This document shows positions 34,657-44,898 of a stretch of DNA of 64,000 nucleotides, in pieces (within the stretch, counting starts at the first letter, position 1; every line of letters starts with the position of its first letter). A model generated the notes under the pieces. The model searched no databases and was not told the origin of the DNA. It worked only from the letters and a program-made list of their open reading frames with translations. This DNA comes from a virus (Duplodnaviria > Caudoviricetes), in IMG/VR virus record IMGVR_UViG_3300014697_000001, positions 64,001 through 128,000 of that record. One strand, 5' to 3'. Made by a program: the position numbers and the translations under genes.

Positions 34657-36894
34657 ATGAGTGTAGTAGGTAAGAAGGCGCCGACCGCCCAGGAAACCCT
34701 GGCCAGTCAGGCTCAAGATCTGCAATCCCGTTTCAGCCAGGGTGCCATCGTTGGTAACATCGGTGTAGCATCCATGGAATCGCTGTCCTCGCTGGACCGT
34801 GAAAACCTGGAACTGTCCATGGAATCCGTAGTCAGCGACCTGTCGGTCTCCCTGGAATCCTTCGGCGGCGAAACCCTGACCAAGGCTCAGAAAGACGCTG
34901 TTGCCGTTATCGCCATGGCTTCGGCCTCCCCGGCTGAATACGCCCGTACCGCTCTCAGCGCTTCGGACGCTTCCGCTCCTCGTGGCGCTGGCACCGTCGT
35001 TTCCGTCGAGTCCCTCGGCGACTTCGACTTCATGGAAAAAGCTGTCGCTTCCCTGGAAGCCTTCGACAACAGCAACCTGACCGACTTCATCGGTCTGTCC
35101 ATGGTCTACAACCAGAAAGCGGCCAAGCAGGGCGAATTCGCTGAAGGCTTCTACCGTACCGTGGTTCTGACCCCGGAACAGGGCGGCGCTGACGTTACCA
35201 TCCGTTCGCACCTCGTGCTGAACCACTTCCTGCACAACACCCGTGGCGACCACGCCGACTTCAAACAGCGCCGTCTGCTCGAAGCTGCTCTGAACTACAA
35301 GATCCTGGCCGACCAGTCGACCACTCTGGTACCGGAAATCCATGACGGTAACAAGGATCTGTTCGTCGCCGAAAACGTCGTCGCTCCGCGCAGCGTTGAA
35401 CTGGGCAACCGTAAGGTCACCACCAGCGCTCTGAAAGTCGGCACTCGCGTCAACCTGGTCGGCCTGGCCCAGAACACTCTGGTCAAGATCGCCGGTCAAG
35501 CCAACCAGACCGATTCTCTGGACCGCAACGTCGGTCTGAAGACTCTGTACATCCGTAAGGGTGACAGCGACGTTCTGGGCTTCGATGTCGAGAACCTGCC
35601 GCGTGCTGCGTTCATCAAGGGCAACCAGGGTCTGGCCCGTGAACTGGAACTGAACTTCCGTACCAGCTCCATCCAGATCAACGCCAAGTCCCTGAACTAC
35701 AAGGGCGAGCCGGTAACCAACCCGATCCTGAAGCAGATCGTCGAAGGTGGTTACACCGTGACTCTGGCTCTGGTCGTGACTGGTAACGTGGACGTCGAGA
35801 AGGGCAACGCTGTTGTCAACCCGGCTACCATCGCTGTTGACCGTGTGGTTAACGCCGCTGGTGAAGTCCTGTCCCTGACCAACGCTGGCGTAGGCAAGAC
35901 CATCGCTGATGGCCTGGCTGACCTCGTTGTGATCGGCTGGGAACCGGCTGCTCGCCTGTCCAACGCCAACCGTCGTCTGCGCGGCCTGCAGCTGAACAGC
36001 TCCGAGTACACCGAGCGTTATCCGGTGATGCTGGGTAGCCCGCTGTCGATTCCGTCCCCGCTGGCTGAAGCCCGTGGCATGGCTGACATCGATCTGCTGG
36101 TGACCGCTGCGCGTCTGCGTAACGACAACATGGCTGTGACCACTCTGCAGCGCTTCGTTGACGGCCTGAGCCGTTGGAAGTTCCTGAGCGGTAGCATCGA
36201 CGCTGACGACCTCCTGCCGGAAGTCGAAGGTATCGCACGCTTCCTGGTCCGTCCGTGGTTCCGTGAGCGCAACCTCGACCTGCGTGAGCTGGTAATCAGC
36301 CGCCGCAGCTACGAGCGCGTACAGGACGTCCAGGCTGCTCTGGGCAACGTCCTGCGTAGCGACATTCAGGATGCTATCCTGGAGTCCAACTACAAGACCG
36401 CTCTGGACGCCTACACCGGCTACGTTGGTGAGAAGGTGCACGTGATCATCGGTTCCGATCCGAAGACTGCTTCGTACATCCTGAAGGACGGCGATGCCCG
36501 TACCCTGGGTGACGACATCAGCTTCGAGAAAGTGACCTCGGTCGACGAGCGCATTCGCCGCACCATCTACTGGACCTTCAAGCGTGAAACCGAAGGTCTC
36601 GATCCGCTGAACTGCGGTACTCACTTCTGGATTCCGGAACTGATCAGCCACGTTAACGTGAGCCGTGATGAAACCCAGATCCGTGAAGCGATGGTTCAGC
36701 CACGTAACCGTCACGTCAACCACCTCCCGATCTTCGGCAAGATCAACGTGATCGGCCTGGACGAAGTACTGTCGGAGGGCTGGGCGTATCCCGTCCAGAA
36801 CTTTCCCGGTAGCGCCGACGCCACCGACCCCGTCGAAGGTAGCACTGGCAGCACTGGTACCGGTTCTGATACCGGCGCTGGCACTGCAGGTTAA
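34657..36894 (+). CDS. major capsid protein (phiKZ gp120-like)
   Basis: 745 aa, extreme codon bias, propeptide with repeated S-x-E, AAKQGEFAE.FY.T.V and C-terminal QPR..H..HLP motifs. Confidence 0.92.
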   Translation: MSVVGKKAPTAQETLASQAQDLQSRFSQGAIVGNIGVASMESLSSLDRENLELSMESVVSDLSVSLESFGGETLTKAQKDAVAVIAMASASPAEYARTALSASDASAPRGAGTVVSVESLGDFDFMEKAVASLEAFDNSNLTDFIGLSMVYNQKAAKQGEFAEGFYRTVVLTPEQGGADVTIRSHLVLNHFLHNTRGDHADFKQRRLLEAALNYKILADQSTTLVPEIHDGNKDLFVAENVVAPRSVELGNRKVTTSALKVGTRVNLVGLAQNTLVKIAGQANQTDSLDRNVGLKTLYIRKGDSDVLGFDVENLPRAAFIKGNQGLARELELNFRTSSIQINAKSLNYKGEPVTNPILKQIVEGGYTVTLALVVTGNVDVEKGNAVVNPATIAVDRVVNAAGEVLSLTNAGVGKTIADGLADLVVIGWEPAARLSNANRRLRGLQLNSSEYTERYPVMLGSPLSIPSPLAEARGMADIDLLVTAARLRNDNMAVTTLQRFVDGLSRWKFLSGSIDADDLLPEVEGIARFLVRPWFRERNLDLRELVISRRSYERVQDVQAALGNVLRSDIQDAILESNYKTALDAYTGYVGEKVHVIIGSDPKTASYILKDGDARTLGDDISFEKVTSVDERIRRTIYWTFKRETEGLDPLNCGTHFWIPELISHVNVSRDETQIREAMVQPRNRHVNHLPIFGKINVIGLDEVLSEGWAYPVQNFPGSADATDPVEGSTGSTGTGSDTGAGTAG

Positions 36895-36929
36895 TCCGTA
36901 AGGGTTGACTGGGTGTCCTAGTGACGCAA

Positions 36930-36963
36930 ATAAAAAGCGGGCTTCGGCCCGCTTTTTATGCCG
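36930..36963 (+). terminator. capsid gene terminator
   Basis: aaaaagcgggc-ttcg-gcccgcttttt then ATGCCG. Confidence 0.85.
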
Positions 36964-36985
36964 CATGTCCAGAATCCATTGAAGC

Positions 36986-37014
36986 GAAATAGAGCGATAC
37001 ATTATCGATGTGAT
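36986..37014 (+). promoter_or_regulatory. putative early promoter upstream of nvRNAP operon
   Basis: AGCGATACATTATCGATGTGAT matches TACAT...TGA motif. Confidence 0.55.
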
Positions 37015-37125
37015 CAAGGAAATAAGTGATTGCCATTAGTCTGATGGCACGCAGTCAGTCATCAGTATCAAAAGAAATAAAATCACACAATTCCGTAGTA
37101 ATTTTTTAAATAATGGTGTTCATCT

Positions 37126-38256
37126 ATGGACGACGTCACTCGCATCGATAATCGCTTCAACAGGTACCCACATAGCGCTCATAATCCCGCTCACCTCGAA
37201 CGTGAAGATCTCCCTTATCAGCAGCGAAACGCTACGCGGATAAGAAGAGCCAGTGCGGACCATGAGCGAGGAGTGAGGGGTGCTCCGTATGTCACCACCA
37301 ACTATTACAACTACATGGAACGTGACGTTGTTGTGACCAGTCGAGACGGTACCGCTATTGTGGTTCCGCCGATCGGCAATGGCAGTGGCGATGAATTCAT
37401 CGTCTGTGTCACGCACACCATGAACAAGGCATCCATGGAACGGGCTCTTGATACGTTACGGACCCGTCCTAACCTGGATGACCGTGAGACCCAGTATTGG
37501 ATCAGGGCCTACGACGGTGCACTGCATGCAAACACTCAGCAGTTCGTGAGTGCCAGTGTGGAGTATGTCATCTATTGGCGCGACATGACAGACGCCTCCG
37601 GGCGTTGCTATATGCCGGATGTCGATCTGCTGGTAGAGTGGGTCGCAGACCGTGGAGCTCGCCATCCGTTTGACAAGATCAAGCGCGATGAACGGACCTT
37701 GCAGGACATAGCGCCTGGCATGGGTGAAGCGACTTTTGGTTTCATGCTTAAAGCTGTGGACAATGCCCATCAGGTGCAGCGCGGGACGCGCTACATCAAC
37801 GTGGGTGGTGATATTTTCATGATTCCGGTGGAGCGGGACCTGTCCTACCCAACTGGGATTCATGTGGTCTGCCGTAAGCCGGTGGATGAAGGACGAGTGG
37901 TCAGTGAAGTGATCAACCGCTCGTACACCTTCGAAGAGGCGGATAAGAAGTTCGGACTACACCGGACCGTGGAAGACGCTATCAACGGTGGACCGATCAC
38001 CGAGATGGCGAAGGGGATGATCGAGCGCGACATGACGATTCGGAAACTGGAGGAATCCAAGATCCGGACCGAACAGCTCGAGGCAGAGAAGACACTTCAG
38101 AACTTGCGTAATGAAGGGGCTTACAGCAAGGCTCAGCAAGACAGGGAAGCCGCGATGCGGCGTAATTATGTCGAATGGGCTAAGACGATCGTTGCGATCG
38201 TAGGGGCAGCCATTACTCTTTACGGGGTATTGTCTAAAATATCAGCCAAATCCTGA
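37126..38256 (+). CDS. conserved phiKZ-like protein with C-terminal coiled coil and hydrophobic tail
   Basis: Synteny between capsid and RNAP subunit; RYINVGG motif. Confidence 0.8.
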   Translation: MDDVTRIDNRFNRYPHSAHNPAHLEREDLPYQQRNATRIRRASADHERGVRGAPYVTTNYYNYMERDVVVTSRDGTAIVVPPIGNGSGDEFIVCVTHTMNKASMERALDTLRTRPNLDDRETQYWIRAYDGALHANTQQFVSASVEYVIYWRDMTDASGRCYMPDVDLLVEWVADRGARHPFDKIKRDERTLQDIAPGMGEATFGFMLKAVDNAHQVQRGTRYINVGGDIFMIPVERDLSYPTGIHVVCRKPVDEGRVVSEVINRSYTFEEADKKFGLHRTVEDAINGGPITEMAKGMIERDMTIRKLEESKIRTEQLEAEKTLQNLRNEGAYSKAQQDREAAMRRNYVEWAKTIVAIVGAAITLYGVLSKISAKS

Positions 38257-38274
38257 CAGAACAAGGGGTAGCCA

Positions 38275-39909
38275 ATGGACTCCGCATTATTCGAATACTC
38301 TCACCGCAAACGTGCGCCAGTGTTCAATGAGGATGTGGTCAAAGGGATTGCCTGTAAGGACGTCCCGCACGCCAAGGCCTACATTGATAGCCGCATCCGT
38401 TGTGGTGAGTCCCAGTATCCGGATGGGTTCGAATTTATCGGGAGTGAGCGCTGTTCGCCGTTGGAAACGTATAACGTCATTACTCGGGCGCGCTCGGGCA
38501 ATAACCGGATCTACGACATCGCGCACACCTCGGTGTATTTGGTGAAGTATCGGTTCAGGAATCAGGGCAAAGAACTTGCCCCGATGTACATGTACCTGCC
38601 GTATGTGGAACAGGCAGGCATGCTTTACATTTCAGGTAAGCCGTTTGCGGTGGCACCCGTCATGGGCGACATTGCTTTCGAGATCGAAGAGAACAGTGTG
38701 TTCATCCGCATCCCGCGTGCACCGATGTCGTTTAACCGCGAAAGCTACACCGTGGTGATCGATGGTCTGCGGGTCAAGGAGCAGGTGGTGTACTCCCAGC
38801 TACACAACAAGAAGGCACGCAACCGCAGCGATCTGATTCGCCTGGGGTATGTCTTCAGTTCCCTTCCGCATTACCTGTTCTGTAAGTATGGGCTGTACGA
38901 GGCGTTTGAAAAGTACACCGGCACCAGACCGGTGGTCATGCGCCAGCAAGATTACGACCCGGAAGCCTATCCTGAAGAATATTGGGTCAAGGTCAGCTCG
39001 ATGCGTAAAGCCCCACGGGGCGTGAACCCACGTCGTAACTACGAAGCCATTGCCACCGACTTTATCATGTTGATAGACCGCGGATCATGGAGTGAGCTGG
39101 CCAGTTCGATGGCAGCAGGGTTCTTCTACGTGATTGACCATTTCCCAGAGTACGTGGAAGACGTCAAGGATCTGAATGATACTTGGTGGTGGCGTGTATT
39201 CCTCGCGTTCATTCTCTGGGGTGAAAGCAACAACTACGGCAAGCTGGTCAGTGAAATTGACATTCACCTGAAGTCGCTCGATGGTTATGTGGACCAAGAA
39301 ACCATCAAGACACTGAAGGAAGTGAACATCGACTGCAACGATCTGTACGACCTGATGGCCCACATCATGAAAGAGATGCAGAACATGTTGAACAGCAAGC
39401 GAGGCCAGGAGGCCTGCCTGTACAACAAGCGTCTCGAAGTGCTGCGCTATCTGCTGCGTAACATCAACAACAATGTGTTCGAGTTCCTGTTCAAGATCAC
39501 CGGCAATTCCAAGAAGACCCTCACCAACAAGGAGTACGAGGATATTCTTCGCAAGTATTTCAACCCATGGTTGATCCATGGCATCAGCTCCGCTGCCGAA
39601 CATCCCGAAGTCTCCTCGGTGTCCAACCCGAGTGACAACATGTTCTTTAAGATCACGAGTGTGATTGTTCAGCAGACCGATACCCACGGCCGGGGTAAAA
39701 GCCAAGATGCCAAGCCGATTGGCCCCACCATGTACTTGGACTCCTCCTTCGCCGCTGTCACAGGGTTCGGCGTACTGCCGAAGTCAACTCCCATCGGAAA
39801 CAACCGGTTCAATCCGTGTATCCGTCTGGGACCTCGACATACGACCGAAGAGGTACCTGAGTTCAAACCTATCTTGGATCATACGCAAGCACTGATCCGA
39901 CGCACCTAA
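38275..39909 (+). CDS. non-virion RNA polymerase beta subunit N-terminal part (phiKZ gp123-like)
   Basis: P.FN..V..G, SVYLVKY.F, MYLPYV, LPHYLFCKYG, LYNKRL.VL.Y, R.NP motifs and synteny. Confidence 0.82.
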   Translation: MDSALFEYSHRKRAPVFNEDVVKGIACKDVPHAKAYIDSRIRCGESQYPDGFEFIGSERCSPLETYNVITRARSGNNRIYDIAHTSVYLVKYRFRNQGKELAPMYMYLPYVEQAGMLYISGKPFAVAPVMGDIAFEIEENSVFIRIPRAPMSFNRESYTVVIDGLRVKEQVVYSQLHNKKARNRSDLIRLGYVFSSLPHYLFCKYGLYEAFEKYTGTRPVVMRQQDYDPEAYPEEYWVKVSSMRKAPRGVNPRRNYEAIATDFIMLIDRGSWSELASSMAAGFFYVIDHFPEYVEDVKDLNDTWWWRVFLAFILWGESNNYGKLVSEIDIHLKSLDGYVDQETIKTLKEVNIDCNDLYDLMAHIMKEMQNMLNSKRGQEACLYNKRLEVLRYLLRNINNNVFEFLFKITGNSKKTLTNKEYEDILRKYFNPWLIHGISSAAEHPEVSSVSNPSDNMFFKITSVIVQQTDTHGRGKSQDAKPIGPTMYLDSSFAAVTGFGVLPKSTPIGNNRFNPCIRLGPRHTTEEVPEFKPILDHTQALIRRT

Positions 39910-39932
39910 GTTTACCAGATCTGGAGTACACC

Positions 39933-41849
39933 ATGAGCGACTTGATCAACTACGTCTACGACCGCGCCATCGATTACATCGAGAACCGGGCCAGTTCCAA
40001 CAGCCTTCGTCGCGAGTATGCGCGCTACATGTCGGCTCAGAATTACAACAACAGCGAGATGAATCAGCTGGTGGATGTGATTGCCATCGTGGCAGACAAC
40101 GACCTGCGCACCTCGCGTAGCTCGAACGAAGAAGCTATCGTCCGTGACGTGATCGTCGACATCGTCGACAGTCATGTGGGCGCCTTCGGTATGAGTGATC
40201 CGGATTTTGTTGACTCCGCCCCGGATGACATCTACACCGACATGCGTCGTCACGAGGAGAAGTGGAACACCCTACTGGCACGTATCCAGGGCCGCAGTGC
40301 CGGCACCGGTCGTTCCTCGGGTGGCTTTGGTGGTGACCGCCGTAGCGTCTTTGAGCGTGGCGATAACCGTGCCGTGGGCTCGCGTGCAGGTTCGGTGTTT
40401 AGCCGCAACGAACCTCAGCGTGATGTCCGGGGTAGCAACAGCATCTTTTCTCGTCGCCCAACGGTCCCGCAGGCTGAAGAACCGCGTGCTAGCCTGTTTA
40501 ACCGTGACGAGCAACAACCGCGCCGCGCCGGGTTCGGTCAAGCGGCAGCGGGTATTAGTCAAGGGCGCGTCGATGTGGCGCGGACTGACATCCCGACAAC
40601 CGTGCGTCAAGAACCGGTTGCTGAAACTCAGAAGCCTGACGGTCCTGATTTCAATGTAGATCGTCCGTACGATGACTTCTGGGTCAATGGCGAGAACTGG
40701 CAGCTGGCCCACCGTTCCAAGTTCGCCTGGACTTGGTCACCCAAACAACACACCCGCCGTACCTACGATCCCGACCAGGAAGTCTGCTTCCTTGTTAAGG
40801 GCAAGGACGGCTCTGTCCGAGAGGAGTTCCTAGCCGTGACTGGAGACCTGGTCGAGTACGCCCACGAAATCCGCAACATGACCCGCCCCAACCAAGTTCG
40901 TTCTGTGTCTGACCGTGAAAGCGGTGATGACCTGTTCCCCAGCAACGACCTGGATGTGGTTGACCTCGACGCACTGAAGAATGTGGAAGAAGCTGTCCGC
41001 AAGTACGTGCTCGATGACCTGAAACTGAACAGTGTCCACAGCGTGTCTGGCACTGAGGCAGTTTCCAGCTTGGAAGAAGCTGCCCTTCAGGCGGTCGGTG
41101 CTGCGCAAAAGCAGGATGAACACATCACCGTGACATCCAAGTTTGTAGCTGTCCAACTGCCCGCTGACAAGGAGACCATCAAAGCGCTGGATTCCATCAA
41201 GGCGCTGAATGAAAGCGAAGCGGATCTGCTGGTGCTGCAAAAGCGCCTGAAGACACTGCGTGGCAACATCGCTGAAAACGTGATGAACTACCTGGACAAG
41301 CATTACACCGACGAGGTGAACCGTGCAGTCCTGGATCAGTTTGGTCTGTCGGGCCTGAAGATCACCAGCTTTGTTGAGGACTTTGAAGACCTGCTCAATT
41401 GCGGTCGGTTCAAGAAGTTCGGTGCCGGCTATGCAGCACAGTTCCTCAGCCGTACACGCAACCTGCTGCTGAGCCTGACGCCGCTGACCGATGAGGCCAT
41501 GCGTATGGAGTTCATGGAGTGCACGGACACGCTGCCGATCGCTGAAGAAGATCCGGAAGCCTACCGTCAGTTCCGTGAAAATGTCGCGGTGCTGTTCAAG
41601 CCGCTGGGCATGGTCCATGTCAAGGCAAGCTCTGAAGAATTCGGGCTGGTCTCTGAGGAAGTGCGCACCCCCAATAAGAATGGGGCCGGTGCACAACCGC
41701 AGTTGGCTGAAGTTCTGGTGCAGCTGTATGCCACCGCACGCCGTCTGGCTGGCGCAGGGCACATCTACATGATGACCGCTGACAACCTGTGCTTCGAACT
41801 GGTGGCCATCAGTGGTGCCCGTGACATCGTAGGTATCCGTCTGGCTTAA
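39933..41849 (+). CDS. hypothetical protein with R/G/S-rich disordered linker
   Basis: 638 aa, GGAG RBS, followed by UUCG hairpin 41866-41897. Confidence 0.85.
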   Translation: MSDLINYVYDRAIDYIENRASSNSLRREYARYMSAQNYNNSEMNQLVDVIAIVADNDLRTSRSSNEEAIVRDVIVDIVDSHVGAFGMSDPDFVDSAPDDIYTDMRRHEEKWNTLLARIQGRSAGTGRSSGGFGGDRRSVFERGDNRAVGSRAGSVFSRNEPQRDVRGSNSIFSRRPTVPQAEEPRASLFNRDEQQPRRAGFGQAAAGISQGRVDVARTDIPTTVRQEPVAETQKPDGPDFNVDRPYDDFWVNGENWQLAHRSKFAWTWSPKQHTRRTYDPDQEVCFLVKGKDGSVREEFLAVTGDLVEYAHEIRNMTRPNQVRSVSDRESGDDLFPSNDLDVVDLDALKNVEEAVRKYVLDDLKLNSVHSVSGTEAVSSLEEAALQAVGAAQKQDEHITVTSKFVAVQLPADKETIKALDSIKALNESEADLLVLQKRLKTLRGNIAENVMNYLDKHYTDEVNRAVLDQFGLSGLKITSFVEDFEDLLNCGRFKKFGAGYAAQFLSRTRNLLLSLTPLTDEAMRMEFMECTDTLPIAEEDPEAYRQFRENVAVLFKPLGMVHVKASSEEFGLVSEEVRTPNKNGAGAQPQLAEVLVQLYATARRLAGAGHIYMMTADNLCFELVAISGARDIVGIRLA

Positions 41850-41947
41850 GCGATACGCCACAGGGTGACAGGGGAGGGCTTCGGCCTTTCCCTGTCATTC
41901 TATGGTGCATTTCTTTTTTGTCAGTCTTAAGTCTACGGGACATTATC

Positions 41948-42586
41948 ATGAACACAATCCTCAAACAAGCCATGGCGCCCGTCTACGCCGTCAGCTTGGA
42001 GAGTAATGCAGAAGGGGCTACGGTCCAGGAACGGGAATATGAGATCTACGGCAAAGTCAAGGACCTTGAAGCACTGGCCAAGTCGGCAGACCGTCAGGAG
42101 TTCCAGGAACAGTGGGGCATGCCCTGCAACGTAGGGGGCGATACGGGCATAAACGGTAACATCCGTGTCCGCATGACAAAGACCGGTGACGGTGAGCCTG
42201 TCTACACCCAGACCATCAAGGTCAAACAACCCGACGGCAATCAAGAGAATGAAATGGAGATCTCGGCCGATACATTCGCTATCTTCCGTTCCTTGGTACC
42301 CACTGGTCTGAAAAAGACCCGTTACTTCTTCCCGGTCAAGGACAGTGACTTGGTGCTTGAAGTGGACGTCTTTGAAGATGCCGAGGGTGTCCAGCAATCG
42401 ATGGTCAAGATCGATCTGGAAGTACCGGATGGTGTGAAGATCGAAGAGGTGGAGATTCCCTTTGCCCTGGAAGACATCCGCGTGATCAAACCCGGCATCA
42501 AGACCCAGGAAGACGCAGAGTTCGCCAGGACGCTGTTTAAGAACTCTTTTGAAGTAAGCAACCCGATGCATCGCAAGAAGCACTAA
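41948..42586 (+). CDS. CYTH-like (triphosphate tunnel) protein
   Basis: EREYE, IRVR, TIK, ENE, KTRY, LEVDVF, IDLE. Confidence 0.75.
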   Translation: MNTILKQAMAPVYAVSLESNAEGATVQEREYEIYGKVKDLEALAKSADRQEFQEQWGMPCNVGGDTGINGNIRVRMTKTGDGEPVYTQTIKVKQPDGNQENEMEISADTFAIFRSLVPTGLKKTRYFFPVKDSDLVLEVDVFEDAEGVQQSMVKIDLEVPDGVKIEEVEIPFALEDIRVIKPGIKTQEDAEFARTLFKNSFEVSNPMHRKKH

Positions 42587-42592
42587 CATGCC

Positions 42593-42640
42593 GCATAGAG
42601 CCTCCTAGAGCCTTTGAAGGGGCTCTAGGAGGCTCTATGT
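42593..42640. terminator. long hairpin between convergent genes
   Basis: catagagcctcctagagcc/ggctctaggaggctctatg. Confidence 0.8.
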
Positions 42641-42647
42641 CTGTACA

Positions 42648-42851
42648 TCATGCAGGAGTCGGGGCCAGCAGGGTCAATAAGGTATCGAGAAGCTTATCGA
42701 GCATCTCCATGTTGAATGAGGTTCCCGCGCGCTGCGATAAAACAATTTCAGAAAGTACAACCAACAATACGACAGCCAGAATGACCATCTTGACGTAGAA
42801 AGCAAATCCACGTTTGTTCTCAGGTGGTGTTACAGGTTCAACATTACCCAT
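42648..42851 (-). CDS. small membrane protein
   Basis: One TM helix then amphipathic helix. Confidence 0.7.
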   Translation of the reverse strand: MGNVEPVTPPENKRGFAFYVKMVILAVVLLVVLSEIVLSQRAGTSFNMEMLDKLLDTLLTLLAPTPA

Positions 42852-42861
42852 GGCCCGTTAC

Positions 42862-43344
42862 TCACGGTAGGTTTAATAGGGACGGGAAGAAGATCTTAGC
42901 CGCCTCTGCAAACACCTCGGACCAATCGATTGGTCCGTTTCCTGGCAGGAGACTGATCATAACCATTGCGACTATGGTCATCGTCGCCACTGCCACCGCC
43001 ACTATGACAAAGACCGGACTCTTCATGGCCTTACACAGCTTACGGGTTTCATCTTCAGGTGTAGTCTCTTCAAACTCTACCACCATGCCACCACCCACTG
43101 GGGCAGTGATACGGCAGTGACCGGTGTCCAGGTTAGCCCTAAGCACCAGATCCTTCACATCCGCACCCAGAGAATTCAGGGCGCGGTCAACATCGTGGCC
43201 GGTTGAAGACAGCTTCAAACGAAATTCTTCAGTGACGAACAGGTTGACCGTATCGACAACCACGCACCCCCACGGAAACTCTTCGAGCTCATCGTCACCA
43301 ATTACCTTTATCACGTCAGACAGTAGCATCATGACGCCCCTCAT
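42862..43344 (-). CDS. membrane protein
   Basis: C-terminal TM plus amphipathic helix, same layout as downstream gene. Confidence 0.7.
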   Translation of the reverse strand: MRGVMMLLSDVIKVIGDDELEEFPWGCVVVDTVNLFVTEEFRLKLSSTGHDVDRALNSLGADVKDLVLRANLDTGHCRITAPVGGGMVVEFEETTPEDETRKLCKAMKSPVFVIVAVAVATMTIVAMVMISLLPGNGPIDWSEVFAEAAKIFFPSLLNLP

Positions 43345-43347
43345 GGT

Positions 43348-43938
43348 CTATGGCTTGGCGAAACCCGTCGCACTTCTCACATCTCGACCATGGGCCACGG
43401 CCACAGCGATTGCATCGTACTCGTGTTCCGTCAGCGCGTCTTTGTGGATTCCCTCTCGATAGCGAATGTTTTCCATTCTAAGAACGCAGTCCTTCATGAC
43501 TGCCTTTTTCATGGTGAAGTTAGCAGGCTGAACAGCCCGCTTGGCTTGACCAGGGGTGACGCGGATAATGTCACTGCCTAGACCGTAATCTTCTACAGCC
43601 AGTCGAATGAAAATCATCATCTCTGTCAGGGTTTCAAAGCTCTGTACCCGACGTGGCATGAAGAATGGAGTCTCCACAGCCACGACATGAGGGTTAAAGA
43701 ATCGCAATGCACTGGCCACCGCATCTTGCAATGCGTGCTGGCGTGCCCAACGAGCCCCGTGCGATGAAACCAACCCCTGGTAGTCCTTTAGGATCTTCTC
43801 GGCCACGAAGGTTTCGGCAGTGACGACCTCGTACAATCCAGTACGCAAATCCAGGTCTGTCACCACCATCCCTAACATAGACGAGCCGTTATCGATCCCC
43901 ATGATGCGGTAGATGAATGACTCATCGTTAAACTGCAT
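43348..43938 (-). CDS. ruvC: RuvC-like Holliday junction resolvase
   Basis: IMGIDNG, VAVE, P..AK..V, HEYDAIAVA. Confidence 0.85.
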   Translation of the reverse strand: MQFNDESFIYRIMGIDNGSSMLGMVVTDLDLRTGLYEVVTAETFVAEKILKDYQGLVSSHGARWARQHALQDAVASALRFFNPHVVAVETPFFMPRRVQSFETLTEMMIFIRLAVEDYGLGSDIIRVTPGQAKRAVQPANFTMKKAVMKDCVLRMENIRYREGIHKDALTEHEYDAIAVAVAHGRDVRSATGFAKP

Positions 43939-43971
43939 GGCTAGGCCCCCAGGGAGTCAGTTTACCGGGTG

Positions 43972-44847
43972 TTAACCGCCCAGCATCTGCATGGACACCG
44001 TCGGGATCTGGCTGGTGCCAAGAAGCGGCTGGACAGCACCCACTTCCAGACTGAAGTCAAAGCCTTTGCTGTTGTAAATCAGCTCGTAGTGACCGCTGAT
44101 GATCGAGGCGATCTGGGCAGCAATGACTTCTTTGAAGTTGACTGCGCCAGACGGCGCATTGATCGACACATCGGCATCGATTCCTGTGCAGAAACCGAAC
44201 TCACTGATTACCGCCAACCGACGATCCCCAAACAGGGTCTCTGCGACGTTGTACAGCTCAGCCACGTCCTTTTCCGTGAACGGCATGGGCACGATAGCCG
44301 AAGTGGCCAGGTACTCGTTGCTGGTGGTCACCGCGCCGGTGTTGGGGATCTCTGGCGGCGTAGGGGAGAGGTTGGCTTCGGTGTAGACGTAGTCTTCGAC
44401 GATGGTTTGATCATCGAGAATGGTGCGCTTGGTCATCCGAGGACGGACCGACGACAGGTCCAGCCGCTTCCCGTAATAGGCAACGAGGTTCACGGAATCA
44501 ACCGTGATGGTCTTGCGCAGGCAGTAGCGGGTTCGCTCACCGGCAGTCAGGTCGTCATTGATCGGACGAACCACGAACGGCAGGTGATGGTACAGGCCAG
44601 CGTCTGCCGAGGTATGGTCGACACCCTGGCTCAAGGGGATGTTGTTCGGCCCCATGGTGTAGCCGTGTCCACCGATACCGATGGTGAAGAACTTCAATGT
44701 CGGGCGAGCGTTGGGCGGTATGGCTGCGCTGGCTTGGATATCGAACTTCTGGTTGAGCGTGGTGTTCTCTTCTTTAACAAAGGAACTGCCAAGGAAGTTG
44801 GCTACCTGAAGGTAGTTGGACAGTTGGGTTGGGACAATCTTTTGCAT
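43972..44847 (-). CDS. virion structural protein (phiKZ gp139-like)
   Basis: TLNQKF, IG.GGH, LYHHLPFVVR, AYYGK.L, ISE.G.C.G.D motifs. Confidence 0.8.
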   Translation of the reverse strand: MQKIVPTQLSNYLQVANFLGSSFVKEENTTLNQKFDIQASAAIPPNARPTLKFFTIGIGGHGYTMGPNNIPLSQGVDHTSADAGLYHHLPFVVRPINDDLTAGERTRYCLRKTITVDSVNLVAYYGKRLDLSSVRPRMTKRTILDDQTIVEDYVYTEANLSPTPPEIPNTGAVTTSNEYLATSAIVPMPFTEKDVAELYNVAETLFGDRRLAVISEFGFCTGIDADVSINAPSGAVNFKEVIAAQIASIISGHYELIYNSKGFDFSLEVGAVQPLLGTSQIPTVSMQMLGG

Positions 44848-44898
44848 GGCGAGGCCTTTAGCAAGCGTAAAGATAGGGTATGGTCATAGAATTCGCTT

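Noticed and set aside
34486-37017. 843-aa - strand ORF
   Set aside because: Antisense shadow of the strongly biased capsid gene
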